Shown: in pieces, positions 24,797 through 38,067 of the stretch
Numbering within the stretch: position 1 is the first letter of the stretch
How the letters are laid out: every line of letters starts with the position of its first letter
Assembly (NCBI RefSeq): GCF_006345805.1
Contig: NC_042999.1
Span: 121,892,001 to 121,956,000, forward strand
DNA length: 64,000 nt
Source of the DNA: Octopus sinensis
Lineage: Eukaryota
Reading direction: 5' to 3'
Notes under the pieces: model-generated
What the model was told of the DNA's origin: nothing
Databases searched by the model: none
Seen by the model: the letters and a program-made list of their open reading frames with translations, nothing else
Made by a program: the position numbers and the translations under genes

Positions 24797-27700
24797 ATGT
24801 GTAGTTTTGTAATAAGAATTTTTATTTTTATATGTGTGTAAATAGTTGGGCATAAGTGGAAACATGTAGTGTGTTTTTTTGTACATATATTTATGAAAAT
24901 TTGTATGAATGTGTGTGTGTGTGTATTGGGGTGTGTATACTTTTAGTAATGTACAAATATTACCTATAACAGAAAGGTAAATAAAATTTGCCAAAAGATT
25001 ACTCTAATATGTATCACCTCTCCAATACACATGCAGGCATGAATGCTTATAAGCATGCATGCTAGGGAGCACAGAAGTATAAATACAAAGAATACATAGT
25101 TGTGCATGCACGCATGTACACACACACAGACAGATGTGTTATATAATCTGCTAACATAGCATTTATAGAAATGAACTTTACAGCTTACATGCTTACATTA
25201 CCTAAACATTACCTTACATTATCTAAACTGAACGTAAATGGTAGGCTTTATGAGTAGTAATATTAAACAAATTAAGTAACATTTCCACTGTTGGGACTCA
25301 GCATATATTTACTATTTACCAGTACCATATTATTGATTTTGCTACAGGATTCCTACCATTCTCTCTTTCCAAATTAAGTGATAAAAAGTCATTTCATTCA
25401 TTTTAACTGTTCTATCTCAATAAAAATTTCAGTTGTTTTACAAATAATTTGTTAGGCACTCAGTGATAGTGGGTTAAACTTAATTAATTCAATGCATGAG
25501 GTTAGTTCTGGATGAAATTATCAAACTAAAGTTGGATACCTCACTATGTTGCACAGCCCTAAGTGACTGATGAATTACATGTAAATCAAATGAGATACTT
25601 GTGGAAATACAATAAAGCAAATTAAATAGAAGGAAAGGAAATTAATAGTATCTCGTTTAAGATTAGGTCATGTCAGGCACTTTATAATGTAACCAATAAT
25701 TTAGTTGTCCATCAAACTAGCAGTCTGCATCCTGTCAGCAAGCCCATTGCTTTTTTAGCCTCAAATTGAGGTTTATAATTTATGATATTATTGTGGGTTT
25801 CATTTAATATTTAGCTGGTATAACTGCAGCAAAAACTGAAGAATAGACATAATGAAAACCAGTATACATTCTTCAGAGAAAATGGATATTCTAAATTTGT
25901 TTTGTTTTGTTTTTGTTTTTTCTTTTTAGTTGCTGAATGTATTCCAAACAAAAACAATTTGTTTGTCATGCTACAATACTGTCAAAGTAAGATTTATGGG
26001 GTGTTATGAAGAAATGAAACCAAGTTCCTTTAAATGCTAATTTTTGTTCAAACCAAAAACAGTGTCAACTTTCTTGTAAATAATGATTAAATACATCCAA
26101 CAATAACACTCAGTTGTCATCTAAAAAGAAAGCATTTTTTTTATTTTCAAAACAACATAAGTACTTTTTAATATTATTTTCAGAGCCTGCTAGCTTAACT
26201 TTGACACCACATTGTCTTGTTTTGCGTATATTACAGTACTTTTGATAATCTAAATATTTAACATTGTTTTCTAGTGATATAATGATATAAAAATCTAGGA
26301 TTATAGGATATTAATATTTTCTTTAACAAAAAATTGAAATAGTTCTGTTTTTGAATGTAACTGCATACAAAAACAGCATAGGATTTTAAAATCTAAATAT
26401 TTAAGACAATACATCTGTTACACTATTTGTAAGTAAAAGGATGCTAATTTAGGATATGTAAATACAGGAGGAAAACATTGTTAATTGCTTGTAATATCAT
26501 AGAAAATCAATGTTGGTTTTATATAAAGAATTAACATGATGCACATATTAGAAGAGACATGTTAGTACCAAAGTATAAATAGGGAATGCAGAACACATTG
26601 TACAGATAATAATGATTTAGATACAATCCTTTGCAATAGTTCTTTCTGTAAATACTCTGAATGTAAATGAATTGAGAGAAAATAACTGAATGTTGGCTAT
26701 TTTATAAAAGAGAATTTCTGAACAATTTTATTGTGGATCATTCATACAAATGTGCATTGCAAAGAACACCAAATGACTGGTAAACTGTGTAAAAATTAAA
26801 TAGGAAGGTTTTAGGACAGTTGCAATAATCCTTTCAAAGTTAAATAATTCAGATTAGATAATAATAAACAAGGGCACATGAAAATGTTATATTGGCAAAG
26901 AAAGAATTAAGAATGAACATTAAAGTAAAAACTAATCCCTTTAATAGATGGATTGAACAATTTGCAATTGATTCCCTTCTATCTATACTAGCATCTTCAT
27001 TTCTGCTTCTTCTTAATTACATATATTATAACTTCTTCTATGTCTTGCTATCTACAATATATATATACACAAACACCCACCCACACACACACACACACGT
27101 TCACATATATCTTGAAAGAATGAGATATAGTCTGCAATTTTGCATGTTGTTTCCCTAATTAGAGAGAAAAATTGTTTTAATCAGGCTATTATTCCTGAAT
27201 TTTCCTTCACATACTATACAAGATCCTAATGAGTGAAAAAATTCAATTGTTTTAAATTTAGTTTATTACCTTTTAACTCATCATTAATCTTTTCTATTTT
27301 GAAAACTCTATTGAAAGTGCCACCATTAATGTATCTAAATAGCATTCATTGTTGAAGAATTCTCAGATATTTTCTTTCATCCTTCCACACCCTTTTTGTA
27401 AAGTTGTAAAAAAAATTCTTCTCTTCTGCAATTATACACACTTAAATTTTCCAACTTTGACATTGCATTACATTTAGTTAATAAATCTTTACAGGTGAAC
27501 TGTAATTGTTTCCTTTCTTTTAAAATTATATTAATGCTTCTTGTTAATTAAATTGAGACATACTCAACTAATGGATAGTTATTCATGCTTGCAGAATTAT
27601 CAGACTGATTGCTGCATGTTACTCAGAGAAATTAAATGAAAAGTTATAGGTACCTTTTTTTTTTTTATTAAACCTAACTTACATCTGCCAAAGAATATTT

Positions 27701-28189
27701 TTCTATCTAATTTGACAAGAATAGTAAATAAATAAATAAATAAATAAATGTATTCAGAAACACCATTAGAACATTAAATACTGCAAAGACCTTAGGTCTC
27801 TCTCAAGAGTACAATTACTAGTAAAATAAATGAAAGAAGTCTTCAAGTTTTACTTGAAGGGTTTTATTAAAACAAAAAGGACCTGTTCTCTGCAAAGAGT
27901 GATTGTAATGTTTAATATTATTTACACTAAATTCTGACCTACAAAACTATAACACACACACACACACTTATGTGTGTAAGCATGAGTGCGTGCATATATG
28001 TAAGTCTGTATTTGTTTAATATTTTAAAATTTTATGCATAGCAATTCTTTACTTCCCAATCACTAATAGTTTTTAACTTTACCTTCTGGCTTTCATGTAC
28101 AACTTTCATTAACATGCATTTTAGCAAATTTGAGAATCAGCATGAAATCAAAACACAAAGACTAAACAATAAAGAAATGTTAGTAATCT

Positions 28190-28350
28190 GTAGCTGTGTG
28201 GTAAGAAGCTTGCTTTCCAACCACATGGTCCCACTTACTGAAGGTGCCATGCAATAACACCTTGGACAAATGTCTTCTGTTATAGCCTCAAGCTGACCAA
28301 AGTCTTGTGAGTGAATTTGGTAGATGGAAACTGAAAGAGGCTTGTCAGTC

Positions 28351-28390
<40 letters not shown>

Positions 28391-28843
28391 CTGTGTGTAT
28401 GTGTGTGTGTTTGTGTTTATCCCCTACCACCACTTTGTTGTTTTTGTTATGCAACAAGACGGGTAAGGGAGATTAGGTGATGGTCTAGGGCTTAGGGGCA
28501 GGAGACCCCAGACCTTGGAAAAAAAAACTTTGGTTGTCTTGTTGTAGTCGAGGGCTCTTTGTTGATGCCCGATACCACTGGGAGGTGGTCCTCGAAGTTG
28601 CTGGAAATGGAGATCTCCGGGTCCAAGTTCTTGAACGGCCCTACCACCACTTGACAACTGGAGCTGGTGTGTTTACATCCCCATAACTTAGTGGTTCAGC
28701 AAAGAGACCGATAGAATAAGTAGCAGGCTTTTAAAAAAAATAAGTATTGAGGTCAATTCATTCAACTAAAATATCTTCAAGAATGTGCCCCCAGCATAGC
28801 CACAGTCTGATGACTGAAACAAGCAAAAACTAACAGAAAAAAG
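28190..28843 (+). mobile_element. SINE family A, interrupted by a 203-bp insertion
   Basis: Head, internal TA/TG microsatellite and tail all match family A. Confidence 0.85.
28436..28638 (-). mobile_element. Young 203-bp retroposed insertion with 14-bp target-site duplication
   Basis: CCCTACCACCACTT occurs at 28422-28435 and 28639-28652. The insert is GC-rich with intact CpGs and an A-rich tail on the minus strand. Confidence 0.85.
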
Positions 28844-29946
28844 ATAATGTCAAATAATTATTATTTATAAGCTAAGCCACTAAAATATATTTTATGAAGT
28901 ACAGAAATCTTAAGAAAATCAAGAAGTACATGGTATTTATATGTTCAAGAAGAAAAGCCAGAAGAAATAGAACTGAAAGCACAGCGAAAGTTAGGAAATG
29001 ATTACATGTAAGCATATATAATGGAGTTACCGGCTTATTTTGCTAGATTTGAAAAGCAGAAATTAAAATTTTGTTAAACTCAAAAGCTGTGCACCAAGCC
29101 CATTCATAACTGGAAAATGAATACTATCAACAAGTTTCTGTAATATACTTAGTTATTCAGTTGTAGTAGTATGGATTTTACCATATAACATTCTTCTGTT
29201 TTTTAATCATGATTTCTGTTCTGGAGTGCTGTTACAAAGATTCTGACCATACACACACAAAAGAAAAAAAATGTATGTTATGTATCTGTCTCGTACATCA
29301 ATTACAACAATTTTAAATATGGAAATATTAGCTATGTTGTAGGTAATAATTTTAATATCAGCAATTTTCTTAATATAAAAAGTTCATTAGCAATTGTAGC
29401 ACTTTCTTTACTCTGTGAATTTAAATTGCACATTTAGATTTTAGATGCATGAGAAAGAAAAAAAAAAAAAAATTCACAAATAGAGTTTGTGATGTTAAAA
29501 GAAGTATTTAATCACTCTCTATTATATGTTTGCATATTCATGTGTGTGTGTTTGTTTGTCTGTTTATGTATGTATGTGTATGCATAAATGTATGTATGTC
29601 TGTGTATCTATTTCTCTGTCTGTCTGTCTCTGCCTCTCTCTCCTTCTCTCTTTCTTTATATATATAAACTCAAGTAGAGAGGGCCTTCTTCCTCTGCTTA
29701 GAGGAAAATGAGACTCTTTGATGAAGAACTTTCTATAAATTGTTTTAGTTCTTTTATTCTGCCACATTATTTTTAAGGAAATCATCTTCATTTTATGTAC
29801 ATGTACATACCATAATCGTACATTAAATAATGTCTTTAGCACCGAGTAGAAAATGATATATTATGAGTAAATTGAAATGTTGGGGCAGAGGGAAACATCA
29901 CATCTTGCCAATTTGTATCTTTTATCAGCTTCATACAAGCCTCTAT

Positions 29947-30243
29947 ATTATCATCATCATCATCACCACCACCATCATCATCATCATCATCGTCATCTTC
30001 CTCCTCCTCATCATCATCATCATTTTAAAGTCCACCTTATGTACTTACATATTTGTTGGGGTATATCTCCTGTCGATAACTAGATGCAATTCCTATTGTT
30101 AACTTGCATTTGTTTCCCCATGGCTAGACATGTTTCCACAGAAGATTGGAAACAAGTACTATCGCTTATATGACGGTGATATTTGTTTATAACTATCATG
30201 AAATATGAAGACAAAGAGACACAAGCACACACACACACACACA

Positions 30244-30295
<52 letters not shown>

Positions 30296-30658
30296 CACAC
30301 AAACCAAGTTTCTTTTAGTTCTTGTCTACTGACTCCATTTGCAAAGCTTTGGTTAACCTTGGATATAGTAGGAGGCACTTGCCGAAGTTTTGTATGCCAG
30401 TAGCATGGTTCACTTAAGTGAATGCACCAGATTTAAAGAAGACATTTCAATAATGGAAGCAAAACTTAGTAGCAAAAAGCCCCAATGGTAAGCAGAAAAG
30501 ACAGTACAACTGTCGCCATCTGGAAAGTAGTTATCCTCAGTAGACAACAAATGTGTATGTAAGATTTTGATATGGAACTTTAAATGACAACTACAAGTGC
30601 ACAAAAGATGGAAGTCATAATACCTGTCCATGTTGCCAGATGGCAATATGCATCAAGA

Positions 30659-30689
<31 letters not shown>

Positions 30690-30762
30690 TGTATGTATGT
30701 ATGTATGTATGGCTGGCTGGATGGCTGGCTGGCTGGCTGGATGGATGGATGGTTGGATGGAT
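29947..30762. repeat. Microsatellite cluster: (CAT)n 29947-30022, (CA)n 30226-30300, (TATG)n/(TGGC)n/(TGGA)n 30660-30762
   Basis: Direct inspection of the sequence. Confidence 0.9.
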
Positions 30763-30838
30763 GTATACTCTTGGTGTTTATATGATAACACGGTGTAATA
30801 AATATTTGGCCAAATAATGAAAAAGAGTTATACTTATA

Positions 30839-31225
30839 AGCATAGGAGTGGCTATGCGGTAAGTAGCTTGCTAACCAGCCATATGGTTCCGGGTTCAGTC
30901 CCACTGCATGGCACCTTGGGCAAGTGTCTTCTACTATAGCCTCGGGCCAATCAAAGTCTTGTGAGTGGATTTGGTAGACAGAAACTGAAAGAAGCCCATC
31001 GTATATATGTATATATGTATGTATGTGTTTGTGTCTGTGTTTGTTCCCCCAACATCCCATGACAACTGATGGTGGTGTGTTTACATCCCCGTAACTTAGC
31101 AGTTCGACAAAAGAAACCGATAGAAGCTTATAAAAAAATAAATCCTGGGGTCGATTTGCTCAACTAAAGGCGGTGCTCTAGCATGGCCACAGTCAAATGA
31201 CTGAAACAAGTAAAAGAATAAAAGA
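30839..31225 (+). mobile_element. SINE family A, full length (tRNA head plus CORE-like CCTTGGGCAAGT segment)
   Basis: A-box-like TGGCTATGCGG, B-box-like GGTTCAGTCCC, internal microsatellite and (GAGTAAAA)-type tail. Confidence 0.9.
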
Positions 31226-31274
31226 ATTGTGTATCTTCTTTAAAGAAGATTTTACATGTGAAACAAACAGTTAA

Positions 31275-31500
31275 AAATCCTTTCTGCTAAAGCCACACGT
31301 CCTGAAATTTTTCAGGTGGGATCTAGTCGGTCACATCGACTCCAGTGTTTCACTGGTACTTAATTTATCAACCTTGAAAGGATGAAAGGCAAAGTCAAGC
31401 TTGGCAGAACTTGAACTCAGAACATAGCAACAGACAAAATACTGCTAAGCATTTCACCCAGTATGCTTAGCATTTCACTTGGCATACCAGCTCACTGCCC
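31275..31500 (-). mobile_element. SINE family B
   Basis: The reverse complement begins GGGCAGTGAGCTGG and contains TTCTGAGTTCAAG and TTTGCCTTTCATCCTTTC. Confidence 0.8.
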
Positions 31501-31504
31501 TAAT

Positions 31505-31750
31505 GTTCCTTCTCAAGCCATATCAGGCACATAAGGGCCATTTTCCCGGTTTCAGTGGCATAGAAATTCCCCCACCTGGACAGGATGCTGGTCCGTCACA
31601 GTGTTACTTATTTTTGCCAGCTGAGTGGACTGGAGCAATGTGAAAATGAAGTGTTTTGATCAAGAACACAATGCATCGCCTGGTCCAGGAATTGAAACCA
31701 CAACCTTACAATCATGAGTTTGACACCCTAACCACTAAGCCACACGCCTC
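31505..31750 (-). mobile_element. SINE family C (tRNA-derived)
   Basis: Minus-strand head GAGGCGTGTGGCTTAGTGGTTAGGGTG..GGTTTCAATTCC, followed by CTCCAGTCCACTCAGCTGGCAAAA. Related pieces at 55650-55768 and 62833-62982. Confidence 0.8.
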
Positions 31751-32149
31751 GAAACAGTTAATAATATACACCCCTATAGATAGGTTAGTAAACAAATGCT
31801 ATAAAACAATACAAAAACAAATCCAGCCACACAGATTCTCCATAAAAAAACATACAAACAAGACATACAATGTTCTACATGAACTGAAAGTGTCATACTT
31901 AGAAAAGAATACATTGTTAAAATTCTCATGAAACAGAACACAACTAACTTGTATCTCACCAAGTGTCATGTATATTTATAATATATTATGATAACACCAG
32001 AAGGAAAAATCTTCACATAAACATGAAACCATAAAACTGCAAGGTAAAGAACATAATTGAGCCAACTAATGAAATATAAAAATTGCCATGTAAACATTAA
32101 AGTTATAGACTCCAGCACAAATATTGTTGAACCATTTACACAAGTATTA

Positions 32150-32273
32150 AACACACACACACACACATGTATCTACTTATATACATATGATATGAATTTA
32201 TATACATATGATATGTATGTATATACATATACATATATACACACAAATACACACATATATACATATATATTTA

Positions 32274-32308
<35 letters not shown>

Positions 32309-32382
32309 TATATATATATACATATATATAAATTGATAGATAGATAAATAGATAAATAAATAGATTAGACAGACAGACAGAC

Positions 32383-32448
<66 letters not shown>

Positions 32449-32480
32449 TTATATACATATACATACACATACTTATGTAT
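32150..32480. repeat. Compound (CA)/(TA)/(GATA)/(GACA) microsatellite
   Basis: Direct inspection of the sequence. Confidence 0.95.
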
Positions 32481-32539
32481 GTACATAATATATTTATTCT
32501 ACTATTATCATCATTTTGACTATTGTTACAATTGGTTAT

Positions 32540-32903
32540 TATTAGCACACTGGACAGAAAGCTTAGCATTTTTTTTGGAATTATGTTCTGAATTCAAATT
32601 CTGCTGAGGTTAACTTTGCCTTTCATCCTTTTCGGGTTGATAAAATAAGTGCCATATGAGCATTAGAGTTGAGGTAATTAACTATCCTCATCCCCAACAA
32701 AATTTCAGGCCTTGTGCCTATACTAGAAAGAATTATTATTATTGTTCTTAAGGTGGTGAGTTGACCATATTATTATCATGCTGGATGAAATACTTAGTGT
32801 TCTGGGTTTAAATTCTGCCAAGGTAAACTTTGCCTTTCAGAGTCAATAAAATAAGTACTGCTGGGGTTGAAATCCTGTGCTTATTATAGAAAGGATTATT
32901 ATT
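32540..32903 (+). mobile_element. Two tandem SINE family B copies (32540-32740 and 32748-32903)
   Basis: Both contain AAATTCTGC..AGGT.AACTTTGCCTTTCA and the tail AGAAAG.ATTATTATT. Confidence 0.75.
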
Positions 32904-32939
32904 GTGGTGGTTACCATTATTGTTAGTGTTCTTTTTAAC

Positions 32940-33395
32940 TCAGGTTTTGCTGAAAATCCTGGATTCTTGCATGTGTAGTAGGCTTGCTGCCTGCAGCCTA
33001 TGGTACTATGCTATCTGTTCTTTTCGACTATCTAATACTTTCTTGATTATTCTGGATGTATTGAGGAGGAAAACCTTTTGTAACAGATCTATTGGGCACT
33101 CTATTCTGATTCCCTTTATATTCTTCTAGATGTCTTCTGGTACTGACCCCAAAGACCCAGCAGTAATTGACACTATCTTCACCTTCTTCATTCTCCATAG
33201 CTGGGCTATTTTGTATGTAAGGGGGTTGTACTTTTTTATTATTTTGCCTTCCTTCTTGACTATATTGCACATGTGGTGCATCTTGTCCACCACCACTAGG
33301 TTCAGTTCGTTATGCTCTAGCCTACTGATCTGTTTGGACTGGGAAATCCAACAGGATTTTGCAGGTCTCTGACTTTGCCTCAGAAAGAGCCTCTT
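32940..33395 (-). pseudogene. Decayed R4/Dong-like RLE endonuclease fragment
   Basis: KILLDFPVQTD / NELNLVVVDK / KIIKKY..L..KIAQLWRMK.V.IVSITAGSLGSV, homologous to the ORF at 38165-38518. Confidence 0.75.
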
Positions 33396-34409
33396 GTTGA
33401 CTTTGGAGCAAGAGAGAAGAGTTGTGCTGAAAGCCATGAAGAGCAGTGATTCTGCTGACCCACCAACTGGAGAGTATTACAGTTCTGGGTTGAAACACCA
33501 ATGAACATTGGATACTATTGAAAGCTCCGTTCACTTTGGTGAATGGAAAAAAAACATCTCCATCTAGGTGTTATTAAAAGATATACATCCTTCATATATA
33601 TATATAGTTATTTATATATATATATATATACTTTTTGGTGAAACCTGCAAAGACATCACAAAACTGCAGTTATTTTGTGATGGTTTTGCAGCTTTAATAA
33701 AAAAGTATATTACTCTACCTTTGGTATTTGAGTACTGTTTTTTTCCACCATGTTTTGCATTTATGTGCTTACTCATGTGTATCACACACACACACACATG
33801 CACACACACATATATATATATATTCTGTATGCATCATTATTGCATAAATTTATACTTGTATATTTATAAATATATGTGTGTGTGTGCATATAAATATATT
33901 CACACGTGTGTTTGTGTGTATGCATTATTAAACAGATGTATCTTATTTTCAGCCTTTCTATATTTTCTGTGTACTTAACAGAATATAAGTGCTTAGATTT
34001 TCATGCTTCCAGATGTTTTATTAATTGTACTCATGCGTAAGTGTATATCCAAAAGGAAAGATTTGGTTTATTTTCATCTTATCCTCATGTAAAAGAGGGG
34101 AGTTACATCACTGATTATTTTTTTGTAATCATATCTGCATGATTATGCATAAGTAAATTATCTTATAATGATATTTACTCTTTTTTATACCATCATAGAC
34201 TGACTGTATCCTTAAATTTGGCGTATTTGCAGAAATTCATATAATTATTTAAGCATATCTTTTTAAAAAATTTGCTATACATTCCCATTACCTGAAACTT
34301 AGTCTTATAGTAAGACTTATAAATATTTGCGTTTAGATTTACTACTACCATTATCTACGTTACTGCAGCTAGCATTGGCAGTAGTAGCAGCAACCACAGT
34401 GATATCACC

Positions 34410-35215
34410 ATCACTGTTTTTACATCCATTTTTGCATTCATGCATGTGTTGAATAAATATTTTCCAACATAACGTTCTTGCACATTTTGCATTCCATTGT
34501 CAACTCTTCTGTGAGGTTAGCCTCCTGAAATGGGCTACAAATACTTGCCTATTTTGTCCTTGATCTATCACTGATTCCTTCTACTGTATATTATACCTCC
34601 TGGTATTTTTTGTCCATCACTCATCATCTACATAGATTTACCAATGCACTTGTCTGTCTTTCACAAAACATCTTATTCTTCTTATACAGTTTTTCTCTTA
34701 GTTCATATGTGTCTCATTATTCATGTACTCCACCTTAGCCTGCCAACAGATCATACTAGATTCATTTCTTTCAAGCCTAAGCACAACTTCTGCTTTCAGT
34801 ATTCATGTCTCTTTACTACATTGCATCACCATTCATCAAGGTTTGCCCAGTCTACTCTTTGTTCAGAGCAAGACTCCACTTGTTGTCAGCAAAGGTAATA
34901 TCTCCCTGAATTTTTTTAATCTTTTTCTTATTCTTATACAATTTTTCCATTGAATGAGTCTAACATCGTTTAGCTGAATGCTTTTCTTATCACTGACTAC
35001 TTGACAACATAAACTGGGTGTGTTTTTCATTGTGCCACCAGCATCAGGGAGGCTTCCTGTCCAGGCTAAAGTTTCTTTTCCTCACAATCTCAATTCTTAT
35101 TCTGAGTTTTTGTTCTCCTAGATGCATTGTTTCCACTGTAACTTACAGAGACCGTGTCTTCCATATACAAAAGTCCAGTTACAGACTACAGTGCTTGAAA
35201 TTACTGTTGTATACC
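34410..35215 (-). mobile_element. RTE-clade LINE 3' fragment
   Basis: Minus-strand KKFREILPLLTT and ELREKL..RR motifs, similar to 44300-44760. Confidence 0.65.
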
Positions 35216-35914
35216 ATAGCAATTTATGTGGATAAGAAGGAAGAATGGAGGAGAAGAGAGAGCACATGAGAAAAAAAAGATGACAAAGATAGTCATATAG
35301 GAAATAAATGTGTGGATAAATGATATTAGAGATATCATAGGGTAGTGAGGAGAGGGAGAAGAAAGAGAGACATGTAGAGGATGAATATATAGGGGAAATG
35401 GGAGAGAAGGATATATATTGACTGAAATGAAAGCATTACTCTGGTACTCTTACTGAGTTTATTGTGACATTTGATATGAAATTAAGAAAGGGAAGTTGAA
35501 TGGAGCAGACACAAATATGATAGAAGAATGGAGATATAAAATAATGGTGTATAATATTTGATAATGACAACAAGAATAAGAATTATACCAGTTGTCAAGT
35601 GAGCCTATCCTGCTAGATCTTATGGAAATTGGCAGTGAACGAATGAAGAGGAGGGGTATGTAAAAGAATAAATCAAAAACACAAGAGAGGAGCATGTTAT
35701 CTGAGACTGAGAGTTCTACCGTGACATCAATGCAAAGCTCAATACCCAAAGGAATTAATCTTGAAAGGGAAGCAAGTGATGGAGATCAGAAGTTGTGTGC
35801 TACTTTTGAGTGTTTGGGTCATAAATAATAATTATGAATAATGTGTGTGTACACAAAACACAAGAATAGTAATTTTATTGTCTGTCAGTTGCATCCATTA
35901 ATAGCAATAATTTC

Positions 35915-36210
35915 ATCATCTTTATCATAATCATTTAGCATCTGCTGTCCATGCTGGCATGGCCTGGATGGCTTGACCAGGGCTGAGGGACTGCATTAGA
36001 CTCCAGTCTGATTTGGATTGGTTTCTATGGCTGGATGCCCTTCCTAATGCCAACCACTCTGAATGTAATGGGTGTTTTTACATGCCACCAGCATGGGTGC
36101 CAGTTGTGTGGCATCAGTATCTACCATGACTATGGTTTCACTTGACTTGATAGGTCTTCTTCTCAAGTACAGAATATAACTAAAGGTCTCAATCACTTGT
36201 AATTTCCTCT
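35915..36210 (-). mobile_element. RTE-associated short repeat
   Basis: Homologous to 15095-15278 and 62095-62300. Confidence 0.8.
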
Positions 36211-37180
36211 GTATATAAATAACATAGCTAGCAGTTGCAATCAATTGTTAAACAAAAGAATAAATCAAATCAAAATGTTGTTCTATCTTTACTATGAAAT
36301 TCCAAACTTCAAGTGTGTGAAACAACTGTACCTGATACCCGTCTTTTCTAGACCCAACTTGTTCATTTGACTGTCCTGTCCCAATATGTTATTGACAAAA
36401 TTTGAAGTGGATTTATGTCTTGCTTGATAATACATATCAGGAATCGAAACAGTATAAAATCAGAATACTTTTTAGAGTGATCCATAACTTTAAAGTCAGT
36501 CATTAGACATTTAGAAATTGAAGAAAATAACCTCATATGCTTCAAAATTTTTCTCAGTCAAAACACAATTACAGAACTTCTTTAACTCTATTCAATAATT
36601 AGATTATGTTGAGTTTGTTTGTCTTTTAAACAAAACTAATAAATAAATGAATAAAAAATAAAGAAGAATTATTTTGCTTCAAAATGTTTACTCATTTGCA
36701 CATACATTAGCTATTTTATAATCGTTTTATTTTTATATTTGTTAGTGTTTATAATTTGATTATATTATACATTGCAATTTTTTTTTATTTTTAGGAATTA
36801 ATTTATCTCAATTCTGGCATTAACACTAAGTCCACTTTCCTATGAAGTTAAAACCTTTAATACATGATGAGAAGTTGAATGTAGTACCTGTCTTGTTAAA
36901 GATGATGTATATATCATAGACATCAAATATATCATTGTAACCCTTTTGGTAACAATGAAATTACCCATATTAAAGTGTTTAAACAAAACTTTTGATCAAA
37001 ATCTAACTAAAGATAAATTGTGACATAAGATTACAGCTGTAAACACCAGTATATAAATTTATACATATTTTATTGAACCTTACCAAAGTTTTAAATATAT
37101 ATATGAGACTTATCTATTCTACCAGATTTTCTTTTTTACTGATCAATCATATTGTTTATGAATTGTTTATGAATAATGTA

Positions 37181-37606
37181 GGCATAGGAGTAGCTGTGTG
37201 GTAAGTAGCTTGCTTACCAACCACATGGTTCCGGGTTCAGTCCCACTGATTGGCACCTTGGGCAAGTGTCTTATACTATAGCCCAGGCTGACCAATGCCT
37301 TGTGAGTGGATTTGGTAGATGGAAACTGAAAGAAGCCCGTCGTATATATGTATATATATATACATATATATATATATATACCTATATATATATTTGTGTG
37401 TGTGTTTGTGTTTGTCTCCCCAACATCGCTTGACAACCGATGATGGTGTGTTTATGTCCCCGTAACTTAGTGGTTCGGCAAAATAGACTGCTAGAATAAG
37501 TACTAGGCTTACAAAGAATAAGTGCTGGGGTTGATTTGTTCGACTAAATGCGGTGCTCCAGGATGGCCACAGTAAAATGACTGAAACAAGTAAAGAGTAA
37601 AGAGTA
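37181..37606 (+). mobile_element. SINE family A, full length
   Basis: Same structure as 30839-31225. Confidence 0.92.
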
Positions 37607-37865
37607 ATGCCCAAGACAAAACATCCTCTTGTTATTCAACCTACTAAAAATATCAACTAAATATCCCTCAAATTACATCGTAGAAAAGTAATACAATGCT
37701 TGATGTCATCTTTATTACTCTAAAAGACTTGATGACGATGGTTGAAACACCATTGGTCTGCTTAGTTCAAAGTTGACTTGAGGCCAAACAACAATATCAA
37801 CAAATACAAACTCCAATTTATAATGCAAAAGTGCTTCAATGATAATTTTAAAGCTGTATATATAT

Positions 37866-38014
37866 ATTATTTACATTATTTACATTCGACGGATATTTGT
37901 CCTCATCTTGTTTGTTGTTAACACAACGTTTTGGCTGATATATCTTCCAGCCTTCTTCAGGTGTCTTGGGGAAATTTCGAACCTGGGTTCTCATTCCTAA
38001 AGTATTCTTTGATG
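37866..38014 (-). mobile_element. Hammerhead-bearing 3' part of the left arm of the tRNA-headed element
   Basis: Reverse complement of 39376-39520. The hammerhead at 37920-37965 has GAAA changed to AAAA. Confidence 0.9.
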
Positions 38015-38067
38015 TTATTATTATCATCATCATCATCATCATTATTATTATTATTATTATTATTATT

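Noticed and set aside
29877-30083. Poly-His ORF
   Set aside because: It is a (CAT)n microsatellite with no splice or domain support.
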